From positions 70,730 through 134,729 of the forward strand of contig CANOTO010000001.1 of NCBI GenBank assembly GCA_947570215.1: 64,000 bases of DNA, read 5' to 3'. A program made the translations under genes and the position numbers. The stretch comes from an uncultured Clostridia bacterium. GTDB taxonomy: Bacteria > Bacillota > Clostridia > Christensenellales > CAG-314. The notes beneath the pieces are model-generated. The model was not told the origin of the DNA. It worked only from the letters and a program-made list of their open reading frames with translations, and did no database searches. Position 1 is the stretch's first letter; each line of letters starts with the position of its first letter. This document shows positions 30,301 to 38,049 of the stretch, in pieces.

Positions 30301-31113
30301 CAAATACGTCATTTTGGCGGGGAAGGTTTCGGATTGCTCCGAGATATTGTTATTAGTCGCATAAATTATACCCGTAATATGCGCTCCCGCAGAGTAATAG
30401 CCCCTTACGTTGTTGTCGTAAGCATCCACCTTGGACTTGCGGAAGTAAAACGTCTTACCGTTAGAATCGAACGCATACGCATCGTCGGGATGCGCGAGCG
30501 GTATTTCTTCGCCGTCTTCATCAATAAGCTCGTTAGGATAAATAAAATCGGTGATATCCAAATTGATTGCCGTATAAGAACAATTAAGATCTTTGTAATA
30601 ATCCAAATTTTCACCGAGTATACCTTTTTTGGACTTTATATCGAATTGCGGAACGGCAGCGGATACGGGATCGATTTGCGTAGCATAAATAGGTCCACGC
30701 AACACCTTGCCGTCGTGAACCACATAGTATTTGCAATATAATCTGTCGAAGCCGTCGACATATCTGCTTATTTCGACGACGCTTTCGGTGCCCAATTTAT
30801 AGTCGCCGATGAACGTCGATTCGTCGCTCGCCGACAATTTGTCGGCAGACAAACCGTAAAGCTGTTGTTCGCCTTCGATATATTCGTATGCTTTGACCGC
30901 CGCAACTTTAACAGTTGCGTTGCCCACTTCGCTTTCGACGCTGTTCAATTCTACTCGGATTTTATCCGAAGTAACGAAAACCTGCATCGATATTTTTTCT
31001 TGCGTGATACCGCCGATAACAGTATTTTCATCCATATCCACGCAAGCTACCAATACGGACGAAGCGAGCACGAATACGAATAAAAACGTTAAAATCCGTA
31101 ATAAACGTTTCAT
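27313..31113 (-). CDS. Large lipoprotein: DUF5722-like (putative glycoside hydrolase) domain, MBG-like domains, four Ig-like repeats
   Basis: Lipobox VAC; SKKG, IGNEID, DWGIAPHCY, ITFSNI, LTEQG, YYRLFD, FGL; YDG repeats; four T.K..Y..GE...WVGLY repeats. Confidence 0.82.
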   Translation of the reverse strand: MKRLLRILTFLFVFVLASSVLVACVDMDENTVIGGITQEKISMQVFVTSDKIRVELNSVESEVGNATVKVAAVKAYEYIEGEQQLYGLSADKLSASDESTFIGDYKLGTESVVEISRYVDGFDRLYCKYYVVHDGKVLRGPIYATQIDPVSAAVPQFDIKSKKGILGENLDYYKDLNCSYTAINLDITDFIYPNELIDEDGEEIPLAHPDDAYAFDSNGKTFYFRKSKVDAYDNNVRGYYSAGAHITGIIYATNNNISEQSETFPAKMTYLPWATMAVSGQGVPPLVGLNTSNRYGFEYFVAMMEFFAERYSLNGLPNGYIANFVIGNEIDYARDYNRISEKHASLDVYMEEYSRLLRLSNLSLKKYHKDITVCMPITQSWANRGYSELDDKVSSYAPKAMVEWLNVKTKLEGDYDWGIAPHCYTYGLALSEVFYNDTINGKKPISAITGLGGGMTNDFETSGKITFSNIELIDQFLKQDKMKVNGKTRNVYLTEQGVSSFDDDEQDKNNQAGCIAAIWYKLSQLDTVKAFCYYRLFDHKNELAGHTRFGLLDINREPKPAYELYKYIDTQYSDVVSKDFLQYVRYVDTDGKEQSYANGGVKSYMDLLDVFGTNWFDGEFDWDKATPVKADIVYEYEDVVDLSQIKFDSANFLYDGTEKRIEAFNLPDGVEVSYSQPPVLTEVGTKEIIATFTKNGNVVGRRSATITVGKLSTNKTVYNFRENIYVTVDIKTENLSGGAWVGIYKKGAIPGNTDQGQISYMYFYINQRGDSFTRTYCLQEQISNKLYSVCIDCGAFNSRLNDKCVNCRGESFEEYLPSGDYVIYYFNDSGYEYVYSVEVTVLPSFKNSGTVDLSGVGFEDCTIMYDGEAHELLITGKLPNGVSVSYFNNTLTEIGKVEAIAVFSDADGVELERRYAVLTVTESDIKPLSTDKTTYTEGEDVFVKAFAPADSLPSSWWVGLYLADDAVDGDYSSVGSIYYYYVKDDNHLSGIAYDIRKQIANINRLEYFNLPAGDYKFVLFNTSGYDVEETVYFTVNELVVDMSATLELDANKYDLNAPIMATATQPEGSLITYYVGLFKSANEVSLENALYMYKVEDANHVSGEGYDLLAQTAMSESLTLRAGSYKVVLFAGYGYAVKIVKQLDIQLGTDDEQPTIGTIFTDKDVYVSGESVYVTAYAPEGEGWWIGLYPVSQTDIAAVPSVRWYYAVDATHASGGTYDIMAEARTPNSPNDLPVLTEGVYKVVLFNSSGYTIESQFEFRVVSAAE

Positions 31114-31245
31114 TTTGCAGCATTCTCCCGATATGAAATATCTGTTAGTATTTGAAATCCGCCGATTTATTATTACAGCTTCTCAAAGCCGCCATTCTCA
31201 ATCAATTGCGGGCTATTTCAAATGTCTATACTTTTAAGTATTTTG

Positions 31246-31275
31246 AGTATACCCCCCCCCGCGTTCAAAAGTCAA
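31246..31275 (-). promoter_or_regulatory. sigma70 promoter with G9 tract in the spacer
   Basis: Minus strand TTGACT-tttgaacgc-GGGGGGGGG-TATACT (18-nt spacer). Confidence 0.75.
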
Positions 31276-31471
31276 GCATTTAGTCAATGTTTGTCGATAT
31301 TACGTAAGCGATTCGGCGAGAATTTTTACTTTTTAACGTTTTGGGCACATTCGATTAATATCGGGAATTTAACAAAAACCATAACTTTAACGATTAAGGC
31401 AGGTCGCTCACAAAACAAAACCGCGTGTAATCAAGCGTGGCTAATCGCGTTAGATTAAAAATTATTAAACG

Positions 31472-31505
31472 AAAAACCCGCAAGGAACACTTTTCCCTGC
31501 GGGTT
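31472..31505 (-). terminator. Intrinsic terminator of rubrerythrin operon
   Basis: AACCCGCA..TGCGGGTT stem, T-run on minus strand. Confidence 0.75.
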
Positions 31506-31531
31506 ATATTTATAATAGTATTTAACTTACG

Positions 31532-32074
31532 TTATTTTTTGAAATAACGGTTATACAGTCCTTCGAACGCTTTGCCGTGACGCGCTTCGTCGCGAGCCAT
31601 TTCGTGAACGGTGTCGTGAATAGCGTCCAAGCCCAAAGCCTTGGCGCGTTTTGCAAGGTCCGTCTTGCCCATTGTCGCGCCGTTTTCCGCTTCGATACGC
31701 ATAGCAAGGTTCTTAGCGGTGCTGTCGGTAACCACTTCGCCGAGCAGTTCGGCAAATTTGGCAGCGTGTTCCGCTTCTTCGTAAGCGGCTTTTTCCCAAT
31801 AAAGTCCTATTTCGGGGTAACCTTCGCGGTGAGCTACGCGAGCCATAGCAAGGTACATACCTACTTCGCTGCATTCGCCGTTGAAGTTAGCGCGCAAATC
31901 GTCAATTATATCTTGCGGAACGCCTTGAGCCACTCCCACTACGTGTTCCGCAGCCCACGAGAGCTCTCCCGCCTGCGCTATAAACTTTTCCTTGGGAGCC
32001 TTACATTGGGGACATTTTTCCGGCGCTTCGTTTCCTTCGTGAACGTAACCGCATACCGAACAAACAAATTTCAT
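31532..32074 (-). CDS. Reverse rubrerythrin (NADH peroxidase)
   Basis: N-terminal CSVCGY..CPQC; [21 protein letters not shown] di-iron motifs. Confidence 0.95.
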   Translation of the reverse strand: MKFVCSVCGYVHEGNEAPEKCPQCKAPKEKFIAQAGELSWAAEHVVGVAQGVPQDIIDDLRANFNGECSEVGMYLAMARVAHREGYPEIGLYWEKAAYEEAEHAAKFAELLGEVVTDSTAKNLAMRIEAENGATMGKTDLAKRAKALGLDAIHDTVHEMARDEARHGKAFEGLYNRYFKK

Positions 32075-32141
32075 TTTTATTATCTCCTATATTTAATAAT
32101 TTTCGTCGAATTTTACTTTCCGACGGCGAAAGTAATATAAA

Positions 32142-32255
32142 TTATTCTTCTTCCAATTCGAACTCGTCGCTGCCTACTCCGCAAAGAGGACAGATTTCCG
32201 GAGCCTCGTCGCCTTCGTGAACGTAACCGCATACTTTGCAAATCCATTTTTTCAT
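32142..32255 (-). CDS. Small rubredoxin-like protein (37 aa; not in ORF track)
   Basis: Manual translation [37 protein letters not shown]; AAGGAG RBS. Confidence 0.9.
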   Translation of the reverse strand: MKKWICKVCGYVHEGDEAPEICPLCGVGSDEFELEEE

Positions 32256-32268
32256 TCGTATATTCTCC

Positions 32269-32634
32269 TTATTTGTTTTTTTTACGACACTCGTCGCAAA
32301 TTCCGTATAAAGTTATCTCGCAACGCGTCACGCCTTCGACCGAACACGCAACCGAAACCGAGCCGCAGTCCACGTCCGTTATTCTTCCGCACCGCTCGCA
32401 GACCATATGTCCGTGCTCGCGCATATCGGCGTCAAACCGCTCGGCGTATCCTTCCACGCTTATGCGTTTTATCCTGCCCGAACTTACCAACTCGTTAAGA
32501 TTACGGTATACCGTGGCAATACCGATATTAGGCTCCGTCTCGCGGGTTTTTGCGTATATCCACGCCGCATCGGGGTGAATGTCGGTATGATAAAGCGTAC
32601 GATACACCGCTTCTCGCTGTTTGGAAAATCTCAT
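32269..32634 (-). CDS. Fur/PerR family transcriptional repressor
   Basis: RFSKQRE, HPDA..IY, IATVYRNL, HGHMVCERCG, YGICDEC. Confidence 0.93.
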   Translation of the reverse strand: MRFSKQREAVYRTLYHTDIHPDAAWIYAKTRETEPNIGIATVYRNLNELVSSGRIKRISVEGYAERFDADMREHGHMVCERCGRITDVDCGSVSVACSVEGVTRCEITLYGICDECRKKNK

Positions 32635-32658
32635 TGCGTTTAATCCTTGTATAATTAT

Positions 32659-32687
32659 ATGATAATCTTTATCATTTATTTTGTCAA
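32659..32687 (-). promoter_or_regulatory. Promoter overlapped by a Fur-box-like palindrome
   Basis: TTGACA-N17-TATCAT; ATGATAA-TCT-TTATCAT inverted repeat at 32659-32675. Confidence 0.78.
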
Positions 32688-32758
32688 GCAAAATATTGTA
32701 TAAAAAAATTATTTTTATGTCATACGCAGTTTAGCCTCAGCGACGGAGCATGAAACGC

Positions 32759-32787
32759 TTGCAAAAACGGGAAGTTAGATATAAAAT
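32759..32787 (+). promoter_or_regulatory. sigma70 promoter of ttcA-like gene, leaderless geometry
   Basis: TTGCAA-N17-TAAAAT-N6-ATG. Confidence 0.7.
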
Positions 32788-32793
32788 ATTATT

Positions 32794-33516
32794 ATGAACA
32801 TCCAACAGCTGCTGTCGCCCTTCCGCAGGGCGGTAAACGATTACAAAATGATTGACGACGGCGATAAAATCGCCGTAGGCGTAAGCGGCGGTAAGGACAG
32901 CCTTACGCTATTGACACTTATGCGCGCATATCAACGCTACTTCGACTGCAAATTCGACCTTATGGCTGTGACGGTAGATATGGGATTTGTTCCCAACGCA
33001 TATCGGCCCGTACAAAAATACTGCGACGAACTTGGAGTCGAATACCGCATTGTAAAGACGGACATAGCCGAAATAGTATTCGACGTGCGCAAGGAGAAAA
33101 ACCCGTGCAGTCTGTGCGCGAAAATGCGGCGCGGCGCGTTAAATAACGAAATTACAAGCAACGGCTACAACAAGCTTGCATTGGGACACCACCTTGACGA
33201 CGTTGTGGAAACCTTTATGCTCAGCTTATTTTACGAAGGAAGGCTGAGCACTATGCAGCCCAAGTCCTTTATGTCCCGAAGCGGCGTCACATTGATTCGA
33301 CCGATGATTTACCTTTCGGAGAAGGACATATCGGGAATAGTTAAAGCATTGCCCGTCGTTCATAACCCGTGCCCCGCAAACAAGCATACCGAACGGGAAG
33401 GCATGAAAAAGCTGCTGGCGGAGCTGTCGGGAAAATACCCCGACATTAGCGAAAAGTTTGCAAACGCCATAATGCATCCCGAAAGATATAATCTGTGGAA
33501 TAACTTAGAACGATAA
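32794..33516 (+). CDS. ttcA: tRNA 2-thiocytidine biosynthesis TtcA family protein
   Basis: SGGKDS PP-loop, CSLC..RRG, GHHLDD, IRP, NPCP. Confidence 0.88.
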   Translation: MNIQQLLSPFRRAVNDYKMIDDGDKIAVGVSGGKDSLTLLTLMRAYQRYFDCKFDLMAVTVDMGFVPNAYRPVQKYCDELGVEYRIVKTDIAEIVFDVRKEKNPCSLCAKMRRGALNNEITSNGYNKLALGHHLDDVVETFMLSLFYEGRLSTMQPKSFMSRSGVTLIRPMIYLSEKDISGIVKALPVVHNPCPANKHTEREGMKKLLAELSGKYPDISEKFANAIMHPERYNLWNNLER

Positions 33517-33685
33517 TTTTGAAACAGTCCAATGCAGCCACTCGCAAAACGGCAGAAATAACGTGACCGCGGGAAAATAAAGCGGTTTTGATAACAAAAC
33601 GAAAGTCAGGATAAATAAAGGCGAAAATTGTCATAAAAACGCGCAATCCGACGTTTAATATACTAATTAACCGTCGGAGAAATGA

Positions 33686-33940
33686 ATGAAAGACTACATT
33701 ACGGAACGCGTAACGGACATTGCAAATTACCTTCTGCAAAACAAATGCACGGTAAGAGAAGTCGCCGACATTTACTGCGTAAGCAAATCCACCGCGCACA
33801 AAGACCTAAACAAAAGGTTAAAGGAAATCGACGGAGAATTGTTCGAAAAAGTTGCGGAAATTTTGCAACAAAACTGGGACGAACGCTATCTTCGCGGCGG
33901 CGAAGCAACCAAACTAAAATACAAAAAAGAAGCCGAATAG
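33686..33940 (+). CDS. spoIIID: Sporulation transcriptional regulator SpoIIID
   Basis: MKDYI.ERV, TVRE.A, VSKSTAHKDL..RL, RGGEATK.KY. Confidence 0.95.
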   Translation: MKDYITERVTDIANYLLQNKCTVREVADIYCVSKSTAHKDLNKRLKEIDGELFEKVAEILQQNWDERYLRGGEATKLKYKKEAE

Positions 33941-33985
33941 GTTTCTTTTTTTTAATGCATAACGAATACTGCTCAATGTGCAATT

Positions 33986-34020
33986 AAAAAAGCCCGTTTG
34001 TCAACGGGCTTGCGTTTTTT
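33986..34020. terminator. Bidirectional terminator
   Basis: AAGCCCGTT-tgtc-AACGGGCTT between convergent genes. Confidence 0.75.
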
Positions 34021-34164
34021 AAGAAGTGACGGATATCTTACAGACGGAGCCGAGTGCGAGCATGTTCATATACCGAGTCAAATCGATTGCCGCAGTGCGG
34101 CGTTGGTTGCAAGGCGAAAGCAAGGGCTGCGCCCACAGCTTAAAATACGTAAGGCACAAGCCAC

Positions 34165-35169
34165 TCACCAACGATTCTTTGCGTGTTCGCAAAACGCTAC
34201 AAAAGGCGGAACGTACAGCCGCTGTCCGTCGTCCAACACCACGTAGCCGCACCACAGCCCGAAACGCTGATGACAGCTATTGTTGACGATAACCGCCTTG
34301 GTTGCCGTAAAATTATCGTACAGCATTTCCACGTCGAATACGAACCTGCCGTCTTCGTCCGTATAGCGGTAGTCGTCGCCGATACGCATTTCGTTAACCT
34401 TGCCCAACTTGTACGCCTTGTTATCGAAGAAAAACATATTTTCGGTAGCGTTGGAGGTGTCTCCGAAACCCCAACCTATGTTAAAGCCGAAGTGTTTGCC
34501 GTCCACCACCGTGCCGCCGTTGCCCCACACCCAGCGGTGAGAATACGGCCACACGCCGCGCCCCCAATCCAGCAAGCCGAAGCCGTTATGTATTTCGTAG
34601 GACATATCGTCTATGCGACAGCGACCGTTGACGACGAAACAGTTTTCCTTATAATTGAGGTACCATTGACGTTTTTTTGCAAAGGGAGTGGCTATGACCA
34701 TCTTATCCTTGGATACGGAACAGTTGGTAAGCATTACGTCGATTTCCGCCTTTAATTGCTTTTTGCCCACCGACGTTAACGACAGACGGCGTTCCTTGTC
34801 CGTAGTTTCGAATTGACACAGCAAATTATCGGAAAAAAACTGTAATTTGTTGGGAGCTTCAGGATTTTGCGGCATCTTGTCGGCGAAAACGTTGTTAAAC
34901 ATAATCTGCCTGCCTACGGTTTTACGCTTGCCTGTATCAAGGTCGATAAGCGTCGCCGAAACGGACGACGCATATGAGATATGTCCCATAGTTATTTGCA
35001 GCACAATATGCCCGAAATGAATTTGGTAAAAATCCCATTCTTTAAGACGCAGCGGGGCGCATTTCACCTTGCTTCGGTCGTAAGCGTACAGCATATGTTT
35101 GGCATACCCCGGGTTTGCCAAGGTTCCGTTTTTGTTAAGTAGCTTTTGCTTCGATGTTATCTCGTTCAT
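34165..35169 (-). CDS. DUF2804-like family protein
   Basis: RLKEWDFY, LDWGRGVW, GFNIGWGFGD, ATEN, HQRFG, C-terminal W. Confidence 0.82.
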   Translation of the reverse strand: MNEITSKQKLLNKNGTLANPGYAKHMLYAYDRSKVKCAPLRLKEWDFYQIHFGHIVLQITMGHISYASSVSATLIDLDTGKRKTVGRQIMFNNVFADKMPQNPEAPNKLQFFSDNLLCQFETTDKERRLSLTSVGKKQLKAEIDVMLTNCSVSKDKMVIATPFAKKRQWYLNYKENCFVVNGRCRIDDMSYEIHNGFGLLDWGRGVWPYSHRWVWGNGGTVVDGKHFGFNIGWGFGDTSNATENMFFFDNKAYKLGKVNEMRIGDDYRYTDEDGRFVFDVEMLYDNFTATKAVIVNNSCHQRFGLWCGYVVLDDGQRLYVPPFVAFCEHAKNRW

Positions 35170-35173
35170 AAGT

Positions 35174-35956
35174 TTAATTTTTGTTTCTTTGGAATAGCAT
35201 TACAAAACGCAGCAGTAATTCCAAAATCTCTACGTACAGGTAAACCAACGTGGTCACCAGCGAAAAGGCTACGCACCACTCGTATTTTTTGTCAGCGCCG
35301 CTTTTTACCAAGTGGTCGATATTCTGCAAATCCCAAGTGAGCATTATCGTCGCCCAAATTATGCATACGGCAGACACGACAAGCTGAATCCACCACAAGG
35401 CGGAAAAGTCGCCGAATATACCCGTAAAGGACAGCAGCCATACCACAAGTTCCAATGCCATAAGGCTGAAAAACGCGACCATAATTCCGCGCATAAACTT
35501 ACTGCTTATTCGCACTTCCAGCAGTCTATTTACGGCGAGAGAGATAAGAAACACTATCGACGTCCCCAATAACGCGGCGAAAGCGATACCGGGGTAAAAC
35601 ATATCCACCAACAGCCCCAAGCATCCCAACAGTCCGCCCTGCAACACGGAATAGATTATTCCCAATACCTTTGCGGTAGTCGGCGCAAAGGCTATAACAA
35701 TGGACATAACTATAAGCGGAAGCGTGCATACCGCCGCGGCTATGCCGACTGCCGTAAGAGCTCCTATCGGGTCGCTTTTCAACGCCCACGGTAATACGAC
35801 AAGCTCCGTAACTACCGCGCAAATAATAGTCAGAAACGCAAATAACGTCGCCTTGCCGTAAACGCCCTTGTACGTTGCGGGTTGAATTTCTATGCTCATT
35901 TCCCCGCGGTTGGTTTTGGCTATCAACCGTCTTACGGACGGATTGCCCATTCTCAT
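35174..35956 (-). CDS. Bax inhibitor-1/YccA family membrane protein
   Basis: Seven hydrophobic segments; YEW..AFSLVTTLVYLYVEIL. Confidence 0.85.
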   Translation of the reverse strand: MRMGNPSVRRLIAKTNRGEMSIEIQPATYKGVYGKATLFAFLTIICAVVTELVVLPWALKSDPIGALTAVGIAAAVCTLPLIVMSIVIAFAPTTAKVLGIIYSVLQGGLLGCLGLLVDMFYPGIAFAALLGTSIVFLISLAVNRLLEVRISSKFMRGIMVAFFSLMALELVVWLLSFTGIFGDFSALWWIQLVVSAVCIIWATIMLTWDLQNIDHLVKSGADKKYEWCVAFSLVTTLVYLYVEILELLLRFVMLFQRNKN

Positions 35957-36266
35957 ATTAACGCTCCTTCACGTCGGATACCCGACGTAGTTATTTTACC
36001 ATATTATACGAATAATTGCAATACTATTCTATGCATCGAATTTGAGCGGTACGTATTGCGTTTTACATGTAAAATTATTCGCTTTTTGCACTTTTTTACT
36101 CTTTATTTATATTATTTTACTCCGCATTGATTAAAACAAGTTGAAAAACGGAAACGCGTTCGCGCGCTTCCGTTCTACACCGTATATGCATACGGTCTAA
36201 CTTACTAACGTCGTTGTAGGAGTTATCGGCATAGCTCAAGTTTGACTGTATTTGTTTGTTACTTGC

Positions 36267-36295
36267 TTGACAAAAACGCGGTAAAAAATTAGAAT
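36267..36295 (+). promoter_or_regulatory. sigma70 promoter of glyQS
   Basis: TTGACA-N17-TAGAAT. Confidence 0.7.
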
Positions 36296-36436
36296 ATGAA
36301 TACGAAACGGAAAACGAGCGGCAAACGTCGGCAAAGTATGCCGATATGCGCAAATCGGCATATCCGCAAGCGTTCGAATAAACGCGAAATTTAGATTCGG
36401 ATATATTAGTTTAGAACAATATTCAGGAGATATATT

Positions 36437-37825
36437 ATGGCAGAAATTACTATGGAAAAGATTGTAAACCTTGCTAAAGGACGCGGATTCGTCTATCCGG
36501 GAAGCGAAATATACGGAGGACTCTCGAACTCGTGGGATTACGGTCCCTTGGGCGTTGAAATGAAAAACAACATAAAGCAGGTATGGTATAGGAAGTTCGT
36601 AAAGGAAAACCCCCTAAACGTAGGGTTGGATTCCGCAATTATTATGAACCCGAAAACTTGGGAAGCGACGGGACACTTGGCGGGATTCAGCGACCCGCTT
36701 ATGGACTGTAAGGGCTGCAAAACGCGTTACCGTGCGGACAACTTAATAGAAGAATATCAAGCCAAGCACAAATTACCCAATACCGTAGCGCAAATGTCCG
36801 ACGAAGAAATGTCCCGATACATTGCCGAACACGAGATACATTGCCCCGTATGCGGCAAGTGCGACTTTACTCCTATACGCAAATTCAACCTTATGTTCAA
36901 GACATTTATAGGCGTTACGGAAAACGCGACAAGCACGGTATACCTACGCCCCGAAACGGCGCAAGGTATATTCGTCAACTTCAAAAACGTATGCCGCACC
37001 ACGCGCAGAAAAGTTCCCTTCGGCATAGGGCAAATAGGAAAATCCTTCCGCAACGAGATTACGCCGGGCAACTTTATCTTCCGCATACGCGAATTCGAGC
37101 AGATGGAATTGGAATTTTTCTGCAAGCCGGGTACCGACCTTGAATGGTTCGATTACTGGAAGAACTTTTGTAAACAATGGCTGCTTGACCTTGGTATGAA
37201 GGAAGAAAACCTGCGGCTGCGCGACCACGACAAGGACGAGCTGTGTTTTTACAGCAAGGCGACGACGGACTTCGAAGTTAAGTTCCCCTTCGGTTGGGGA
37301 GAGCTGTGGGGAGTAGCGGACAGAACGGACTACGACCTTACACGCCACCAAGAAACGTCGGGGCAGCCCATGGACTACACCGACCCGATAACGGGCGAAA
37401 AGTACGTGCCGTACGTTATAGAGCCGAGCTTGGGCGCGGACAGAGCGTTTCTTGCCTTCCTGTGCAATGCATACGACGAAGAAACGGTAGGCGAAAACGA
37501 TACGCGCGTTGTGCTGCATCTGCACCCCGAGCTTGCGCCCGTTAAAGCGTGCGTACTGCCGCTATCTAAAAAGTTAGGAGATAAATCTATCGAAATATAC
37601 AACGACTTGCTTAAAGAATTCGCCTGCGAATACGACGAAGCTGGCAGCATAGGCAAGCGCTACCGCCGTCAGGACGAAATAGGAACTCCGTTCTGCGTTA
37701 CGGTAGACTTCGACACGGAACAAGACAACTGCGTAACGGTACGCGACCGCGACACAATGCAACAGGAACGCGTACCCATTGCGGAGCTGAAAGAGTACCT
37801 GAAAAAGAGAATTTATATTTATTAA
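36437..37825 (+). CDS. glyQS: Glycine--tRNA ligase, homodimeric type
   Basis: [57 protein letters not shown]. Confidence 0.97.
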   Translation: MAEITMEKIVNLAKGRGFVYPGSEIYGGLSNSWDYGPLGVEMKNNIKQVWYRKFVKENPLNVGLDSAIIMNPKTWEATGHLAGFSDPLMDCKGCKTRYRADNLIEEYQAKHKLPNTVAQMSDEEMSRYIAEHEIHCPVCGKCDFTPIRKFNLMFKTFIGVTENATSTVYLRPETAQGIFVNFKNVCRTTRRKVPFGIGQIGKSFRNEITPGNFIFRIREFEQMELEFFCKPGTDLEWFDYWKNFCKQWLLDLGMKEENLRLRDHDKDELCFYSKATTDFEVKFPFGWGELWGVADRTDYDLTRHQETSGQPMDYTDPITGEKYVPYVIEPSLGADRAFLAFLCNAYDEETVGENDTRVVLHLHPELAPVKACVLPLSKKLGDKSIEIYNDLLKEFACEYDEAGSIGKRYRRQDEIGTPFCVTVDFDTEQDNCVTVRDRDTMQQERVPIAELKEYLKKRIYIY

Positions 37826-37835
37826 AATAGTATTG

Positions 37836-37872
37836 AAATAGGCGGACGGTAAAATACCGACCGCCTATTTTA
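37836..37872 (+). terminator. Intrinsic terminator of glyQS
   Basis: AAATAGGCGG..CCGCCTATTT stem plus T-run. Confidence 0.8.
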
Positions 37873-38049
37873 TTTATAGAAAAGTTTTATTTCGCCTTTT
37901 CGAATTTACGATTTCTATTACGGCAATTATATCAAGCTTTTTTAATTGCAAAAAAACTTGATTTTTAGTATAATAAAGCCGTTCGTATAGGCTGTAAAAA
38001 ATGCCGACGGATTAGTGAGTTTTACAATAGCAGGAGTTTTTGCAAAATT

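Noticed and set aside
31222-31458. 78-aa plus-strand ORF across the C9 tract
   Set aside because: No RBS or recognisable motif; overlaps the promoter of the opposite-strand operon.
33625-33665. SigE promoter for spoIIID
   Set aside because: TCATA and ATATACT-like elements are present but spacing is too long to call.
36296-36436. Possible T-box leader before glyQS
   Set aside because: No GGTGG.ACCGCG T-box motif and no terminator; leader only ~135 nt with one simple hairpin.
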